NCBI GenBank assembly: GCA_951406725.2
Contig: OX597819.1
Coordinates: forward strand, 62,310,001-62,374,000
DNA: 64,000 nucleotides
Direction of reading: 5' to 3'
Source: Octopus vulgaris
Taxonomy: Eukaryota
Below the pieces are notes generated by a model. That model made no database searches. It worked only from the letters and a program-made list of their open reading frames with translations, and was not told the origin of the DNA. Positions 1-14,076 of the stretch are shown piece after piece. How positions within the stretch are numbered: the stretch's first letter is position 1; every line of letters starts with the position of its first letter. The position numbers were made by a program, and so were the translations under genes.

Positions 1-1390
1 CTGACTATATCCGGTTTAGTTTCGAATTTAGAATTCTTATAAAGAGTTGTTCTTTTGTCTTTCGTAGTCGATAATTTTCATCTTCTAATTTGTAAAAGGA
101 GAGTGTGTTAGATTTTTCATTCGCACAAATGTCTACATGTTTACTACATAGAGCATTTCTAAGACATGAATCGTTAACTTGGTGTTTATGCACATTTACG
201 CGGATGTTTAGTTTTGTCTCTGTTTTCTCAATGTAATTCTCGTTGCGTTGTGGGCATCTGAAGCAGTAGATAAGATTTTTCGCTTTGCAATTCATTCTTT
301 CCCTCTTTTGAACCATTCTGTTGTTCCTTGTTCACTTATTTCACACCCCAACAACGAAAGTCTCCACATCTTGTTACCTGCATTATTTCTTTCTCCGATG
401 TGTTTGGAGTTTTTTTCGAGATTTGGTGGTTGTCTTCAGCTGTTAATGATTTGCGGTCTTCTAATTGTCTGTTGGAGATTTGATGATTGATGTAGAATTG
501 GGCAATATCGTTTGGCCAAATGTCGGATGTTGTAGTTCCTAGGATTATGGCTGACTACACAAGGAATATTTATATTTGCATTTTTATTTTGGTGCCCCGT
601 GTGAGTTTTTCTCCGGGATTTCTTTTGCCTTGGTTACGGCATGATTTATTAGCCTGTTAGGATATTTCTGTTTTTTAAGGAACATATTTTGTTCTACCAG
701 TAATTTCTCTCGTCTATTTGTCTTGCCATGTTGAATGGTATGTTTCTTTTTGTACTGGAAGCGTGACAAGATCTGAAATCTAAATACAGTTGTTTATGTC
801 CTTGCTGTAGAGATCGGCAGTAACTGTCCTATTTTCTTTAATTATTAGAATGTTCAGAAAAAGGAGTAACCTTTCATTAATTTGCATAGTGAACTGTGTC
901 AATTCATAAATGCTGTTTATTAATTTAAAGAATCTTGTAACGCCCACCTTACTTTTGTTCCAAAACATGAAGCAGTCATCCGGGAAACTTTTCTAGTTTC
1001 CTATTAGATAAGTTTGGAAATGATGATTAACTGTAATTCTAGATAGGGTATAGATTTTTTTCTTCCAGATATCCTGTTACTAGTGTTGCAAACGTCGGTG
1101 TGGTTTTCGTCACCATTGCTGTGCCTTATATTTGTTGGTTATATTGGTTATCAAAAAAGTAGCTGTTTCCAGTACTTATCGCAATCCTTCAAGTATAAAC
1201 TATTCTGGGAATTTCTTCTGAATTCTTTGTAGGTATTTGTCTATCTAGAATTCTATTGTTTCTAATCCTAATCCATGGAGGATATTTACGTGGGGGATGA
1301 TTTCATCAAAGCTAACTAGAATCATCGCTTTATATCTTATTTCTCGAATATGGTTTAGGAAGTCCATGTCATTTGTCATGAAACTAGGAA
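1..1390 (-). mobile_element. Degenerate Penelope-like retroelement (RT plus GIY-YIG endonuclease)
   Basis: Minus-strand fragments read GTAMVTKTTPTFATL, FPDDCFMFW (RT), thumb LIIKENRTVTADLYSK and KQKYPNRLI, and C-terminal NLIYCFRCPQRNENYIEKT...RVNVH (GIY-YIG). Many stops and frameshifts. Confidence 0.85.
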
Positions 1391-1944
1391 CCAAACTTTT
1401 ACTAAATAAAATATGAAAATGATTAACTCTGAAAGACAGAAAAAGAATACTTTATAAAAATTCTAAATCTGAAACTAAACCCGAAATAGTCAGCACCATT
1501 ACTAATAAGAAACTTCCTCTATACGCATTGCCCAGTACACGTGTGTTTGAAAAGTTGAAGAACGAAAGCACAAACATACAAAACACACACTAGACATACA
1601 ATACACACCATACGCAAACTTCTTCCACAAAGATTAGTGACATTCTGTTAAATGAAAGGGTTTTAAATAGTTAATAATTTAAAGAGTATCGTTATTTAAT
1701 TATTGCGACTTAAGTAATTGTCACAAAAGCTTTTAAATAATGTCTTTGAGGTTTGTGTTTGTCTCTGTTCCCCCACCCCACCGCTTGACAACTGATGTTA
1801 GTTTGTTTACGTTCCTGTAACTTAGTGGTTCGGCAAAAGAGACTGATAGAATAAATTGGTACTAGGGTCGATTCGTTCAACTAAGATTCTTCAATTCTGT
1901 GCCCCAGCATGGTCGCGGATCATAACTGGAACAACTAATATATT

Positions 1945-2211
1945 CTTTTATTCTTTTATTCTTTTACTTATTCCAGTCATTTGACTGCGGCCATGTTGGA
2001 GCACAGCCTTGAAGAGTTTTAGTCGAACAAATCGACCCCAGGGCTTTTTAAAAAAGCCTAGTACTTATTCTATCGGACTCTTTTGCTGAACCACTTAGTT
2101 ACGGGGACACAAACATACCAACATTGGTTGTCAAGCGGTGATGAGGGGATAAACATAGACACAAAGACACAGGCACTTTCACAAACACACACACACACAC
2201 ATACACATACA

Positions 2212-2264
<53 letters not shown>

Positions 2265-2445
2265 AAACACACATTTGTTGTATATATACACGATGGGCTC
2301 CTTTCAGTTTCTGTCTACCAAATCCACTCACAAGGCTTTGGTCGGCTCGAGGCTATAGAAGAAGACACTTGCCCAAGGTGCCACGCAGTGAGACTGAACC
2401 CGGAACCGTATGGTTGGGAAGCACGCTTCTTACCACATAACCACT
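1945..2445 (-). mobile_element. tRNA-derived SINE, family A, with internal (CA)n
   Basis: Reverse complement of the element at 17053-17480. A + strand 3' half copy lies just upstream at about 1750-1935. Confidence 0.8.
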
Positions 2446-2559
2446 TTGATACACAAAAGCTAAAATATTATGCCACACAAACATACAACATATATGTACA
2501 CATACGCACACACGCGCGCGCGCACACACACAAACACACACACACACACACAGAGGGAC

Positions 2560-3291
2560 TCAGTCATGCTTTCCTCAACCCTACCATACCTATAATTGCC
2601 CTCACCACCATCATTATCACCACCACCGCCATCACTTGTATCATCCTTACAATCAAAATCAACATTAAAGACCGCTACCACCATCACCACCTCACTCTTT
2701 TACTCTCTCTATTACTCTCTCTCTCTTTCTCTCTCTCCTCCTCTTCGCTATTAACTCAACCTCTGTTACCAGCAATTATCGCAACATCGCCATCACCACT
2801 ATCATTGCAACCACCACTATCATCATCATCATCATCATCGTCAACATCATCACATCATTTTCAGCTCTGCACCACCACCATCACCACCACCACTACCATC
2901 ACAATCATTATCGTAACTTAAGCTACCACTACCACAACTACGAGCACCCTCCGCCACCATCCTCCGCCGCCGCCGCCACCATTTTCCCTAATCACTACGA
3001 CTGAAAAAATCTTCCCCTTCTCCCGCTCTCCTCATAATGACCACCACAACTTCGGTTATATGCTTTGCCTGCTACAAGCCGTAATTATCAGTTCTACAAA
3101 CATAACCGCCACTATCACTGGCATGACCGTCTCGCCACCACCACAACCACCACCAATACTATCCCCAACCATCATCATGGTCATTATCATACTACTACTA
3201 CTACTACTACTACTACTAACACTGCTGCTACTGCTGCCGCTGACACTACTACTACTATTGCTGCTGCTACTACTGCTGCTGCTGCTGTTGT

Positions 3292-3343
<52 letters not shown>

Positions 3344-3467
3344 GTTGTTGTTGTTACTGCTGCTGCCTTCATTTGGTTTATTTGAAGGACAAGAGGACTC
3401 AGATAATAGCCAAACGTGCTATCGGAAAAACATTCTACAAAAAAAAAAGAAACCCGACAATATTAAC

Positions 3468-3506
<39 letters not shown>

Positions 3507-3646
3507 TAGAATAATAATAAGATAACAATAATATCAAAAGCAGAAACAACACAGTAATAACAACAAATGTTTGAACCAATGCTAACAGCAACAACAACAA
3601 TAAATGCAAGACCACCAGCTTCTACCTTTATTGTTACAACAACCTT

Positions 3647-3720
<74 letters not shown>

Positions 3721-3890
3721 TCACCAACTATAATTGAAGGTCATCACCACAACTCTAGCCAAGCGAAATGAAATTTTGGCAGACATATTTGTTGTAAAAG
3801 AAGGAAAAGAAAAATGAAGAATGAAAAGGTAAAAAAAAGAGATGGAAGAGTAACAATAACAATAACAACGACAACAACAACAACAATGAC
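2560..3890. repeat. Compound degenerate trinucleotide repeats (CAC/CAT/CTA/CTG/AAT/AAC)
   Basis: Direct reading. These runs generate the poly-L, poly-T and poly-V pseudo-ORFs. Confidence 0.9.
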
Positions 3891-4230
3891 ATCGCCAAGC
3901 AATAATAAAGAAAATTGCATCAATCTGATCCAATTCCACATTGGAAGATTCAGACCAGCGTCTGTACAGTAGGTAGCAAAACAGTGAAAACAGGGACAGT
4001 GTGGAGGGTAAAATGGCTTCCAGCTTTGTTTGGTCTTACTTCGCAGGTTTATACCATATGTATACATTAACAACGCCACCAGCACGCACACACACACATA
4101 CACACACACACACGCGCGCACGCACATACACACGCACATACATATATATGCACATACTTACACGGAGGCACGCCCACAGACACGTGTGTATAATTTGAAA
4201 TGTAAGGTATACCTTGTAAATAAACATACA

Positions 4231-4566
4231 GAGGTGCAGGCGTGGCTGCGTGGTAAGAAGCTTGTTTCACAATCACGTGGTTCCTAGTTCGGTCCCATTG
4301 CATCGCCCCTTGGGAAAAATGTCTTCTTCTATCGTAGCTTCGGCCCCGCCATAGCCTTGTGAGTGGATTTGATAGACGGAAGCTAAAAGAAGCTCGTCGT
4401 ATATATACTTTTATTATTGTATTTGTTTCAGTTATTTGACTGTGGTCATGCTGGAGTACCGCCTTTAGTCGAAGTAATCGACCACCAGGACTTATTCTTT
4501 GTAAGCCTAGTACTTATTCTATCGATTTCTTATGCCGAACTGCCGTTGTCAGATACACAAACGTAC

Positions 4567-4608
<42 letters not shown>

Positions 4609-4782
4609 ATATGTATATATAACAGACTTCTTTCTGTTTCCGTCTACCAAATCCACTCACAAGGCTTTGGTCGGCCTGAGGCTATCGTAGAAGACACTTG
4701 CCCAAGGTGCCACGCAGTGGGACCGAACCCAGAACAATGTGGTTGGGAAGCAAGCTTCTTACCACACAGCCACCCCTGTGCC
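4231..4782. mobile_element. Two family A SINE copies, tail to tail (+ head 4231-4400; - copy 4415-4782)
   Basis: Both match the family A head (GTGGCTG.GTGGTAAGAAGCTTG...GTGAGTGGATTTG.TAGACGGAA). Confidence 0.75.
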
Positions 4783-5507
4783 TATATATATATATGTATC
4801 AAATGAAATAAAATGAAAAATGCTCACCTGGAGAACTACATTGCGTGGAAACAATTGTAGTGATTAAGAAATAAATGTCCAACCGTACTCCTTGTACGGT
4901 TGGACATTTTCAGTAATCAGTTATCTCTTCATACACGACAGATGCCCAAACGCAAACCTGAAGAACGTATAATACTACTACTGGATTGAAGGTGAACGAG
5001 CTTTATAATATTGTACTCTATTCCTTTTTTAACAGAATCTTATCAGGCAGCTTTTCGCTAGTATGTAACTTTTAAGCAACTAACACGGAATGGGAAGACC
5101 TGCAAACAGATCTCTGACTTGTTTTGGAGAATTTGTTGCAATTGCTTCCTCCAGCTATATTCTCAATGATGGTCATATTCGTCGCTAAAAATCATGTAAA
5201 AAATCGCCGAAAACAATTGCAGTAATGAAAACATAGGAATCAAAAATTTCAGGATTGCAGGCCTGGATTAGGGCCGCAATGTTTTTAATTTACTCACGGA
5301 GTCAAGTTGATTCCAAAATAGTATGATATGCTGGGCTAAGGCCTCTAGGAGTAAAGTTGAAAAAGTATGACACGCTGACATTTCACATTTATTATATCAG
5401 ATGTGATTAATTTTGGAGAAACTGTATTTCAATTAAAGTGTATTATATATATATATTATAAAATGAGATAGGGGTTGATTTAGATATATTTCTCCATTTT
5501 CTCATTT

Positions 5508-5561
<54 letters not shown>

Positions 5562-5841
5562 TGTGTGTATGTGTGTGTGTATGTATATATGTACACACAA
5601 GCACAAGCATACACATATATGTATGTATTAAAGAAAGGAAAAAGGAAAACAAAAATGATAGTGTTCAGTAGTTGGTTCAGTATGCTGGCCACAGGAATTT
5701 CTGCCCAGGGAAGTTGTACACCATCTCCATCTTTCTCTCACATACCCCCTCTCTCTCTTTTATTATTACTCCCATTTCCACCATCAACACTACTATTTTA
5801 ATAAAACATCAACTCTCGCTCTCTTTCTCTCCCTCTCTTTT

Positions 5842-5888
<47 letters not shown>

Positions 5889-6084
5889 CTCTCTCTCACT
5901 CTCTCTCACTCTCTCTCTCTCTCCCTCTTTCTCTGTCTTCGTCACCACCCTCACTGTCTCTATGCCTACTCTCACCCCAGTACGAGGATGTATCCTTGAA
6001 TAGTGAGAGAAGTTGAATAGTGAACGAAGTTTCCATTTCAATCTTCTCCATTTTTGTTAGAAATCAGATTCCTTAATAATTTTC

Positions 6085-6650
6085 ACCTGCTGTCGCGTGT
6101 GGGACGGATCCGGCTATCAGCTGAATCCATTGTGAGGATTGCACCGCCACCCTCTTTTGGCCGGGAGGAGCAGGAAGTTTTTATTTGTTTAGTGGCTGTA
6201 GCGAAAGAGGTAGTATGGTGGAAGCGTTTGAAAGGGCTAAAGACAGACTGTTTCTTCCTTGGCTAAGCCCTCATCAACTTTTTCAAGTTTCACCTGAAAA
6301 GGAAGTTGAGGGTGGAGAGGGAAGTGTTGTTTGTAGCAAGTTTGTTGAAAGGTGGGTCAATGTTGGAAGAATGGTCAGTGCGAAAGGACCAATTCTGAGC
6401 GTTCACCTGCAAAAAGGGAATCAAAGGAGAAGGGCTCTTGCCCTGATGTTCAGGCACCCGTGGCTTTTGTGGGTTTTTCCACGAGGACCTTAAAGCGCCT
6501 CCCCTGTTGGGAGTTTAATTTGTTCAACTTTTTTGTTTTTACATTGTATACACACGAAAACGCATTGTATCGTCCTGTTTTTGTCTTTTATGTTGTTGCA
6601 TGTCTTTAATGTTTTGTATGTGAGCCCCTGTGGCCAATGAAAGAATAAAT
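6085..6650 (+). mobile_element. 3' fragment of a Tx1/L1-like LINE
   Basis: Encodes RIRLSAESIVRIAPPPSF...VAVAKEVVWW.R.KGL. Homologous to 57905-58190 and to 43800-44290, which carries a CPRC zinc-knuckle motif. Confidence 0.6.
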
Positions 6651-7043
6651 TATTCCTCCTCACAACAGCAACGCTAAGAATAATAAAAATATTACAGGGT
6701 AAGAATGATGACCTCCCAGAAAGTCGTCTGCTACGCTGCTCTCTTGATCACCCACTTTCTCATTACATGTCATACAAAGTTTTTCGTTTTCCGCCTCTCA
6801 AAAACTGACACTTTCAAAAACGTTAAATATTTCATCAAAGATCACACACAGGTTTCTCCGTTGACTGGGCTTTCAAAAATCTTTCCAAAACAGATCATCA
6901 CTAGACTCTTCAAATCCAAATCGTATCTCATGAATTGTTGTAATTCATGTTCCCGGAAAACTATTTCGGGATGTATTTTTTGTTTATCATTTGAATATTT
7001 TCCTTTTTATTTCTTGTGTACTGCAATTTTCGACCGTTCGATC

Positions 7044-7102
<59 letters not shown>

Positions 7103-7172
7103 CTGTCTGATGAACGGCAACGAGAAACTCAGAGTAACAGATTTTGTTGAATTTTCTGCTGCTTTAAATAAA

Positions 7173-7207
<35 letters not shown>

Positions 7208-7250
7208 TTATATATTACTATAATGGTAATCATGCGAAGATATGTGTATA

Positions 7251-8222
7251 CGAGCAAAACGCCCCTCGTCCAATGGACGGTGCTGAGCTGTCAAACATTT
7301 AAACCAAATTTTCTCAAAACAACTTGTCTGACCGTCCCATAGGCCTCCCCTTTCAGAAACACTGACTTAACCTAAACTTGAGACACCAGCAAAAGAAGAA
7401 ATAAAGATAGACTTTTTTCTATTCCAAAGAAAAACGATTTTATTCACACAAATATACAACCGAAGAGTTTAAAGTACCAGTAATGATAAGGCTGTTGACT
7501 GGGAGAACACAAACATGGTTTAAACAGTAAGCTTGGCAGCAGGAAAGAAACGTGCCTTTAAGCAGTACAAAAACAACAAAAAATGGAAGGTACAGTTATG
7601 TACAGGTTGACGGAAGAAAAGCAGGACAAAAACGATGCATGCAAATGGGTTAGCTGGAGGTAAATCTAGATGGAAAAGCATGATGAATTTATGAGAACGT
7701 ACCTGGGACAATAATAAGTTTATCCGATAAAACATGTAGGAAATCAACTTGGGGCGATTTATGATGAAAAGCAACAAGCTAGGGAACTAGGTAACTAATT
7801 TTAAGCTACCTTACTTTACGGGATGTTCAAGGGCATGGAAAGGCTAGTGGAGCGCAGCCTTGTAAATCACATTCCTTGTTACACCGTCTGGAGCGTAGTA
7901 GAAAAGGTTTGTCGAACAGTCAACCCTCGAACAGCCCACATACAGTTGTCCGTGCGAAAAGCAGAGAGTGCTAAGGTCCAACCCCCAAATTTTCAATGAC
8001 AGCCCCTGTGCTTTGTTGATGGTCATCGCGAAGCTCAAATACACGTTCCCACGGCTTTATCAATCGCATTCTCACCTGGAGTCGATTTTTGTAAATTTTT
8101 CAAGACACGCCCTGATACCGTCGGTATCTACGTATCAAATTTGAGCGCAATCGGATGGAGGATGCCCGAGATCCTAAGACACACACACACACATACAGAC
8201 AGAACAGATTTTATATAATAGA
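7251..8222 (-). mobile_element. Non-autonomous Helitron retaining a Pif1-helicase C-terminal fragment (7844-8044)
   Basis: SFAMTINKAQGLSL...FSHGQLYVGCSRV matches Pif1/RepHel motifs V-VI. The 5' end A|TCTATTATATA is at 8222. A degenerate CTAG end with a hairpin is at about 7251-7280. Confidence 0.75.
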
Positions 8223-8496
8223 TGTAACCGAAAAAACCTCCCCTCTCTATTATGTTTCCTACATGTGTGAAATTTGAAATTTGGATTACTAAAATGATAA
8301 TTTCATTAACTTACCAATTGATCCAAGAAACTTTGAATCTTGAATTGAAGGCTCTGTTAGTTGAGCTATTTCAGATTACTATGAAAAGCATTAACATTTC
8401 ATTTGTTTGTAGTCAGGCATTAACATTTTGCCATAGTTAAAATAAAATTATTTAGCTAAAATATATCAAACGAAATACGTTATATATTAAAAAGTA

Positions 8497-8647
8497 CCGA
8501 ATTTACTCGAGAATAAAACGCACCCCTAATTTAGAGTTAAATATTGGTAAAAGTTTTTAGCTTTACCCCGTGTATAATTTGCATCTCACTTTTTATTTTC
8601 CGTTAAAACCAAATATAAAATTACAACTTATATACGAGCAAATACAG
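8497..8647. mobile_element. Pogo/Tigger-like MITE
   Basis: TA|CCGAATTTACTCG ... CGAGCAAATACAG|TA: imperfect TIRs with TA flanks. Confidence 0.6.
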
Positions 8648-9091
8648 TAATTCTATATTTAAGACCTTTTTGTTTTTGTACAATTTCACGCCATTTTGTA
8701 CATGTTTTAGTTTTGTTTAAAATTTAAATATTTACATAAATAATACGAAAGACATATTGCAGCTATGGAAAACATATTTTCTACCATGAAAGACTGTTAT
8801 CATCTGACGCGTGAGAGTTTGGTTGGCATACACAACACATCAGTTGTCACTCATCCGGCTGAAAATAGAAGCTTCAGACTGTCACATGTTCCTTAAATGA
8901 AGGTCATATTGAAGAACGCAGTTATTTCTATACAAACGGCAGGTTTGTCACAACTGGGGCGCCCTCGATCCGACTGATCTGGCGTTCCGAAACATTATCA
9001 AAATTTGTGTAGGCGCGCAATTTGCTAGAGGTAACTGCCAAATCCTGCCGTCTTAAAATAGGAAAATGTCGTCCTGAATATCCAAAAGGAC

Positions 9092-9130
<39 letters not shown>

Positions 9131-9603
9131 TACACACACACACATGCTCACACACACACACACACACACACGCACACACACACGCGCGCGCGCGGCTACT
9201 TAACGGACCCTTTCAATATCATTCTGTTAAGATTGTCTCCATTCGTCTCTTTTGTACGTACGAATTTAGAAGACTACTGCAAAAACTGGACAAGGATGCA
9301 GAGGATCTGTGCCAGTTAATGCAGACGTCATCAACATCTTGGTGTCGAACATCAGGGACCTCGAAGTGATTAACAGCATTTTGTAGGATTACGAGGTGAC
9401 AGTATCAAGAACAGGTGTGGTCGCCTTTTTTCAGACGCGTATTTCCAGATTTCGTTCTTTGACAGCTGCTTTGTCAAAGAACGAAGTGAAGCAAATGCTG
9501 AGACAGAACATTGGTATCTGGAGCGTTGTTAAGCAATTACAATCGTCTGCCAGTCGAGAAATCCGATAAATGGAAGTTCCATGCTGGTGTTCTAAAAAGG
9601 ATA

Positions 9604-11226
9604 CACTGCCGAAATAAATTTAAGACCGATGATAAAAGTTCTATTTCTTACAAAATATTTTGTTACTAACACCATACAAATTATTTATATCGTTTACATC
9701 TTATGCAGAATTTATTTCTCTTTCGAATGATGCAGACAATAACTATTTTTATACAACTTGAAGAATTCTAATGCTAAATTAATATAAACGTTTCAAATTT
9801 ACCGGCAAAATTAGTTTAAGACCGTATCATTATAATTTTATTTAAAGCTTAAGATTGTAGCAAAAATGAGCAACAAGAACGAAATACAAATTAGTACTTT
9901 GTGCCGTAGCCTTTATTCTTAATAACGGCTGAACAACGCCTCGGCATTGAATTCGCTAAGTGATTACAAAATTCTATGGGAATGTTTTGCCATATTTCAT
10001 TGATATAATCGAATAATTGTTTTAGATTAGATGGTTTTTTTAGCAAGGACGTTTTTGGAAACATAATTCCACAAGTTCTCGATCGGATTCAGGTCCGGGC
10101 TCTGGGGAGGCCATTCGATTACGTCAATATTATGGTGACCAAAAAATTCCATAACCTTTTTGGCTTTGTGAACAGGACTATTGTCTTGCTGATAAATAAA
10201 CCCCGGAGGCATTTGGTGAGTCAAATATGACAAAACATTATCCTTTAGTAGATTCATATAACCTACACTATTTAGCTTTCCATCAACGTTAACTAGAGGG
10301 CCAACACCAAAGCTGCTAAATGCCGCCCACACCATCACCCCCACCCCCGCTTGCACCGTTTTTTTTTCACGCATTTCGGATGGAATTCCTCTGTTGGGCG
10401 ACGTCTGACGTGTTTTACCATCTGATCCAGATATACAGAAGCGTGATTCGTCACTCCAAAGGACCCTGCACCAATCTTCAGCAGTCCATTGAGCATGACT
10501 GTTTGCGAAATTAAGGCGTTTGAGTCGATTTCTTTCGGATATTATTGGCTTTTTCCTAGCGATTCGTCCATGTAGTCCAAATTCTCTGAAACGGTTGCGG
10601 ACGGTTTGTGGTGTAAAAATAACACCATCCTCGTTGGACAATTGTCAACAGCTGTCAGTATTCGGTTGCCTTCCGAAAGTCGGTAGATTCGACGGTTGAA
10701 CTGCGCCGTCGCTTTTCTTGGGGTGCCGGTCCTTTGCCGATCTTTATATTGACCAGTCTCCAAGTATAACTTCCACGCTTGCACGCAAGCCGTTTTACTG
10801 CACTTTAGTTGCTTGCTGATGTTCGAAAAGGAAACTTTTTGCTGGTGGAGTAATACGATTTTTGCTCTCGTGACTGGACTGAAGCTACGTTATTTTCCCA
10901 TTATTAATCAATTGTATAATAACGTTAAATTATAACACTATATAGTGCAGTTAGGCTAATTGTATGACCACCCATTTTGGCAAAAAAATTTGCATACATA
11001 TTACATGGTCTTAAACTAATTTTGCTGGTAAATTTAAAACATTTATATTAATTTAGCATTAGAATTCTTCAAGTTGTGTAATAATAGTTATTGTCTGCAT
11101 CTTTCGAAAGAGAAATAAATTTTGCATAAGTTGTAAAATATAGAAATAATTTATATGGTGTTAGTAACAAAATATTTTGTGAGAATAGAACTTTTACCAT
11201 AGGTCTTAAATTTATTTTCGCCAGTG
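9604..11226 (-). mobile_element. Full-length Tc1 transposon with ~220-bp TIRs; transposase frameshifted
   Basis: TA|CACTGCCGAAATAAATTTAAGACC... and ...GGTCTTAAATTTATTTTCGCCAGTG|TA. ORFs 10542-10784 and 10027-10641 carry WSDESRF, YQQDNSPVH and WPPQSPDLNPIENLW (DD34E). Confidence 0.93.
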
Positions 11227-11406
11227 TAAGTGAGGGCTAAATCGATGGCGTTTTCTGTGAAACTCTAGGAGCAGTTCCTTGTTGACATTGCTTTCTGAGT
11301 TGAGTTCTATGTTAATATGGCTTTTTGGATGCAGTTCTTTGTTGATATCGCTTTTTGAGCGCAGTTCCTTGTTAATATCGCTTTTTTTGGGTGCAATTAC
11401 TTGTTA

Positions 11407-11486
<80 letters not shown>

Positions 11487-11945
11487 CCAGTAGTCTTGTT
11501 TTATCACGTGCTTTCACTGCACTACCGATTGCAGCTGTGTGTGCCTTGGCTATGTACTGTGGTTTGTTGTGGTACTCTTATTTTCACTGTATTAAAAGTG
11601 ATTTACCTAAGATGTGTGCGATGCCTGGTAGTGCTATTTTTGTATGTTATATATCCTTGTAACTCCTGGTGTTTTAGTTATGTATTTATCTGAATGTTTT
11701 TTTTTTATCATACCTAATTATTTTGTTTTTAGGCTCCACATTTGAGCTTCCTCTCTTTCCAGATCTTTGTATTTTGAAAGTTTCTCTGTTTCTTTTAGAG
11801 AAACATTGTCATCCGTTGGTAATTGATACATCGATTAGAAAGCATTTTTTTTCTTGGTGATCTCTAACAACTATATCCGGCCTATTGGCCTTAATTTCTC
11901 TATATGTGTGTATTGGCATATCCCAGAGCATGGTTGCTTTCTTCT
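11407..11945 (-). mobile_element. 3' fragment of an R4/Dong-like RLE non-LTR element ending in a (TAA)n tract
   Basis: LWDMPIHT.REIKANRPDIVVRDHQEKKCFLIDVSI is a PD-(D/E)xK restriction-like endonuclease. It is followed by QKIAL.G.AHIL, a 3' UTR and (TAA)n at 11407-11486. Confidence 0.78.
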
Positions 11946-12368
11946 TTTTATATTTTACATATGCCCGGAGTCGTCGAGGGATTAAGGATTCCATGAAGCA
12001 TTAGGCGGGCAAAACATTTGGGGACCCTGTACTAGATGCACGTCTCACTTATTATAATGGCAGAAAAGCAACACTGATCTTAATAAAAAAAAAACTGACA
12101 CTAAAGCATCCAAACATTCGAGGTAAAAAACGGAAAAAAATGATTACAAAAGATAAGCAATATACGTTTCTGTTAGCATAAACGTCTTGTACATGGATGA
12201 TATTCTCAGGGGTAGTTTAAGGTCGAAGATAGTTAGAGATAAGGTCTTATCGTACATGAATTCCGATCATTCAAACCTAAATTCAAATTTGGCACGATTT
12301 AAGAAGAGCGCATGAGGATAGAGAGTTGAGCAGAGGGAGGGAGAGTGTATGTGTGCGTGTGTGTTTTA

Positions 12369-12411
<43 letters not shown>

Positions 12412-12894
12412 GGAGTTAGAAGTGGGTGGTTCTGAGAAGCGTGAACATATTTCATAGAACTCAGAAATAGATGCAAAAAAAAAAACATGTCTGGTTTATT
12501 TGAGATAACAACAGAACTATATATACATAAACACAAGTTTTGTAGATAATTAAGTTGTCTTAATATTCTACTTTTTTTTTTTAGATGTCTTTGTTTCAAA
12601 TCTTGTTACGACGGTTTACAATATTTCCGAGGCCAAGGCACTTCAGTCTCACTTAAATCAAATATGTACGATATATGATTGTTCATGGATGTGTGTGTAT
12701 GTGGACTGACAGTACTGCCAGTAGTTTCACATGGAAAGAGATTCCAGATTCCACAATTCTCCAAGCGTTCCACTCAAAACTGGTGCATCGACGCCATTTT
12801 GGAAGGGACCAGGTGAGGTTACACTTCGACGTCATCGTCAGAATGCTCGTGATTTAATGACTTTGTCACGGAAAAAGATATGTAAGAGAACATG

Positions 12895-13250
12895 TCATCA
12901 TCATTCATCATTGTTCGACCGTGGTCGAGACAATGGAATTTACTATGTTGCGCCAGACTTCACGGTCCATCATAGCATTACGGAGGTCCTGTTGCTGGAT
13001 GCCTGTATCCCTGGAGATTACATCAGGGTAGGAGAGTGTGCGCCCTCTGGTGTTGCGAGTAGATGGCTTCCAGAGGAGAAGAGTAGAAATTACTTCTTTT
13101 TCAGCTCTACAACAATGTCCAGCAAACTGGACTCTCCTACCTTTCACAAGAGATGACACAGGTGGTAATTTCCCAAATATTTGCATTTTGGTTGGATGGC
13201 GCCTCCACGAGAGATTTTGAGCTCTCATAAGGAGGCGAGGTAGGTTCCAT
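12895..13250 (-). mobile_element. RTE-clade LINE 3' end
   Basis: RRVQFAGHCCR...LLLWKP...RGR...AMMDREVWR, then a short (TGA)n-like tail. Confidence 0.8.
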
Positions 13251-13360
13251 GTACTACCGCCATCTTAGTTGGTTCTTCGAACTAGGTTATTATCTCGTAA
13301 CTGTTTTGAATTTACCTTGTTTAGCTAAACCGATTTTGATATTGTTCTTTTATTTGTTTG

Positions 13361-13395
<35 letters not shown>

Positions 13396-13618
13396 AGAGA
13401 TACCACAAACTGTCAATTAAACAATAGGGCATAAAGTTTGAAGGACAGAAGGAAGACAAGAAGAAGGAGGTGGAGAAGAGGGAGAAAAGGAAGAAGAAGT
13501 AGAAAAGAAGAAGAAGAGATACAAAAATGAAAGTATTTATAGAAGGGACATAAAATAGGAATTCGAAAACAGGTTACTTAAATGTAAATTAAGATTGAGT
13601 CGACAAGCTTCTAAGATA

Positions 13619-13649
<31 letters not shown>

Positions 13650-14013
13650 CATGTTAATATATACAGATATATATTAATGGGGCTTTAACAGTGTTTAGTT
13701 TCAATTCCGTACTCTGCTACAAAGTAAATCTATGGGCTTTAGCCAACACTGCATGTAAGAGAGATACAAACAACTTGTTTGGGTATACGATATCTTCTGG
13801 GACAGGTATAAAGACAAGTTGTTTACATCAGTGTATACATAGAATATGGTTTAATCTATAGTTATATGCTGTGGTATAGTATAGCATATAAATATGCATA
13901 TACATGCATATATACACATAAAATGCACATACAAATATATACAGATACATATATAAACGGAAACATAAATATGGATACATACATACATACATACATATAT
14001 ATATATACATACG

Positions 14014-14076
<63 letters not shown>

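Noticed and set aside
3060-3509. Signal-peptide or TM-like poly-Leu ORF and neighbouring poly-Thr/poly-Val ORFs
   Set aside because: They are translations of (CTA/CTG)n repeats, open in several frames, with no splice or domain support.
9230-9410. Faint LINE RT-like remnant (NADVINILVSNIRDLEVINSIL)
   Set aside because: Too degraded to call; the catalytic YADD motif is not intact.
12713-12812. Possible + strand exon (CAG|TACTG...CAG|GTGAGG)
   Set aside because: Poor polypyrimidine tract, no recognisable protein and no partner exons.
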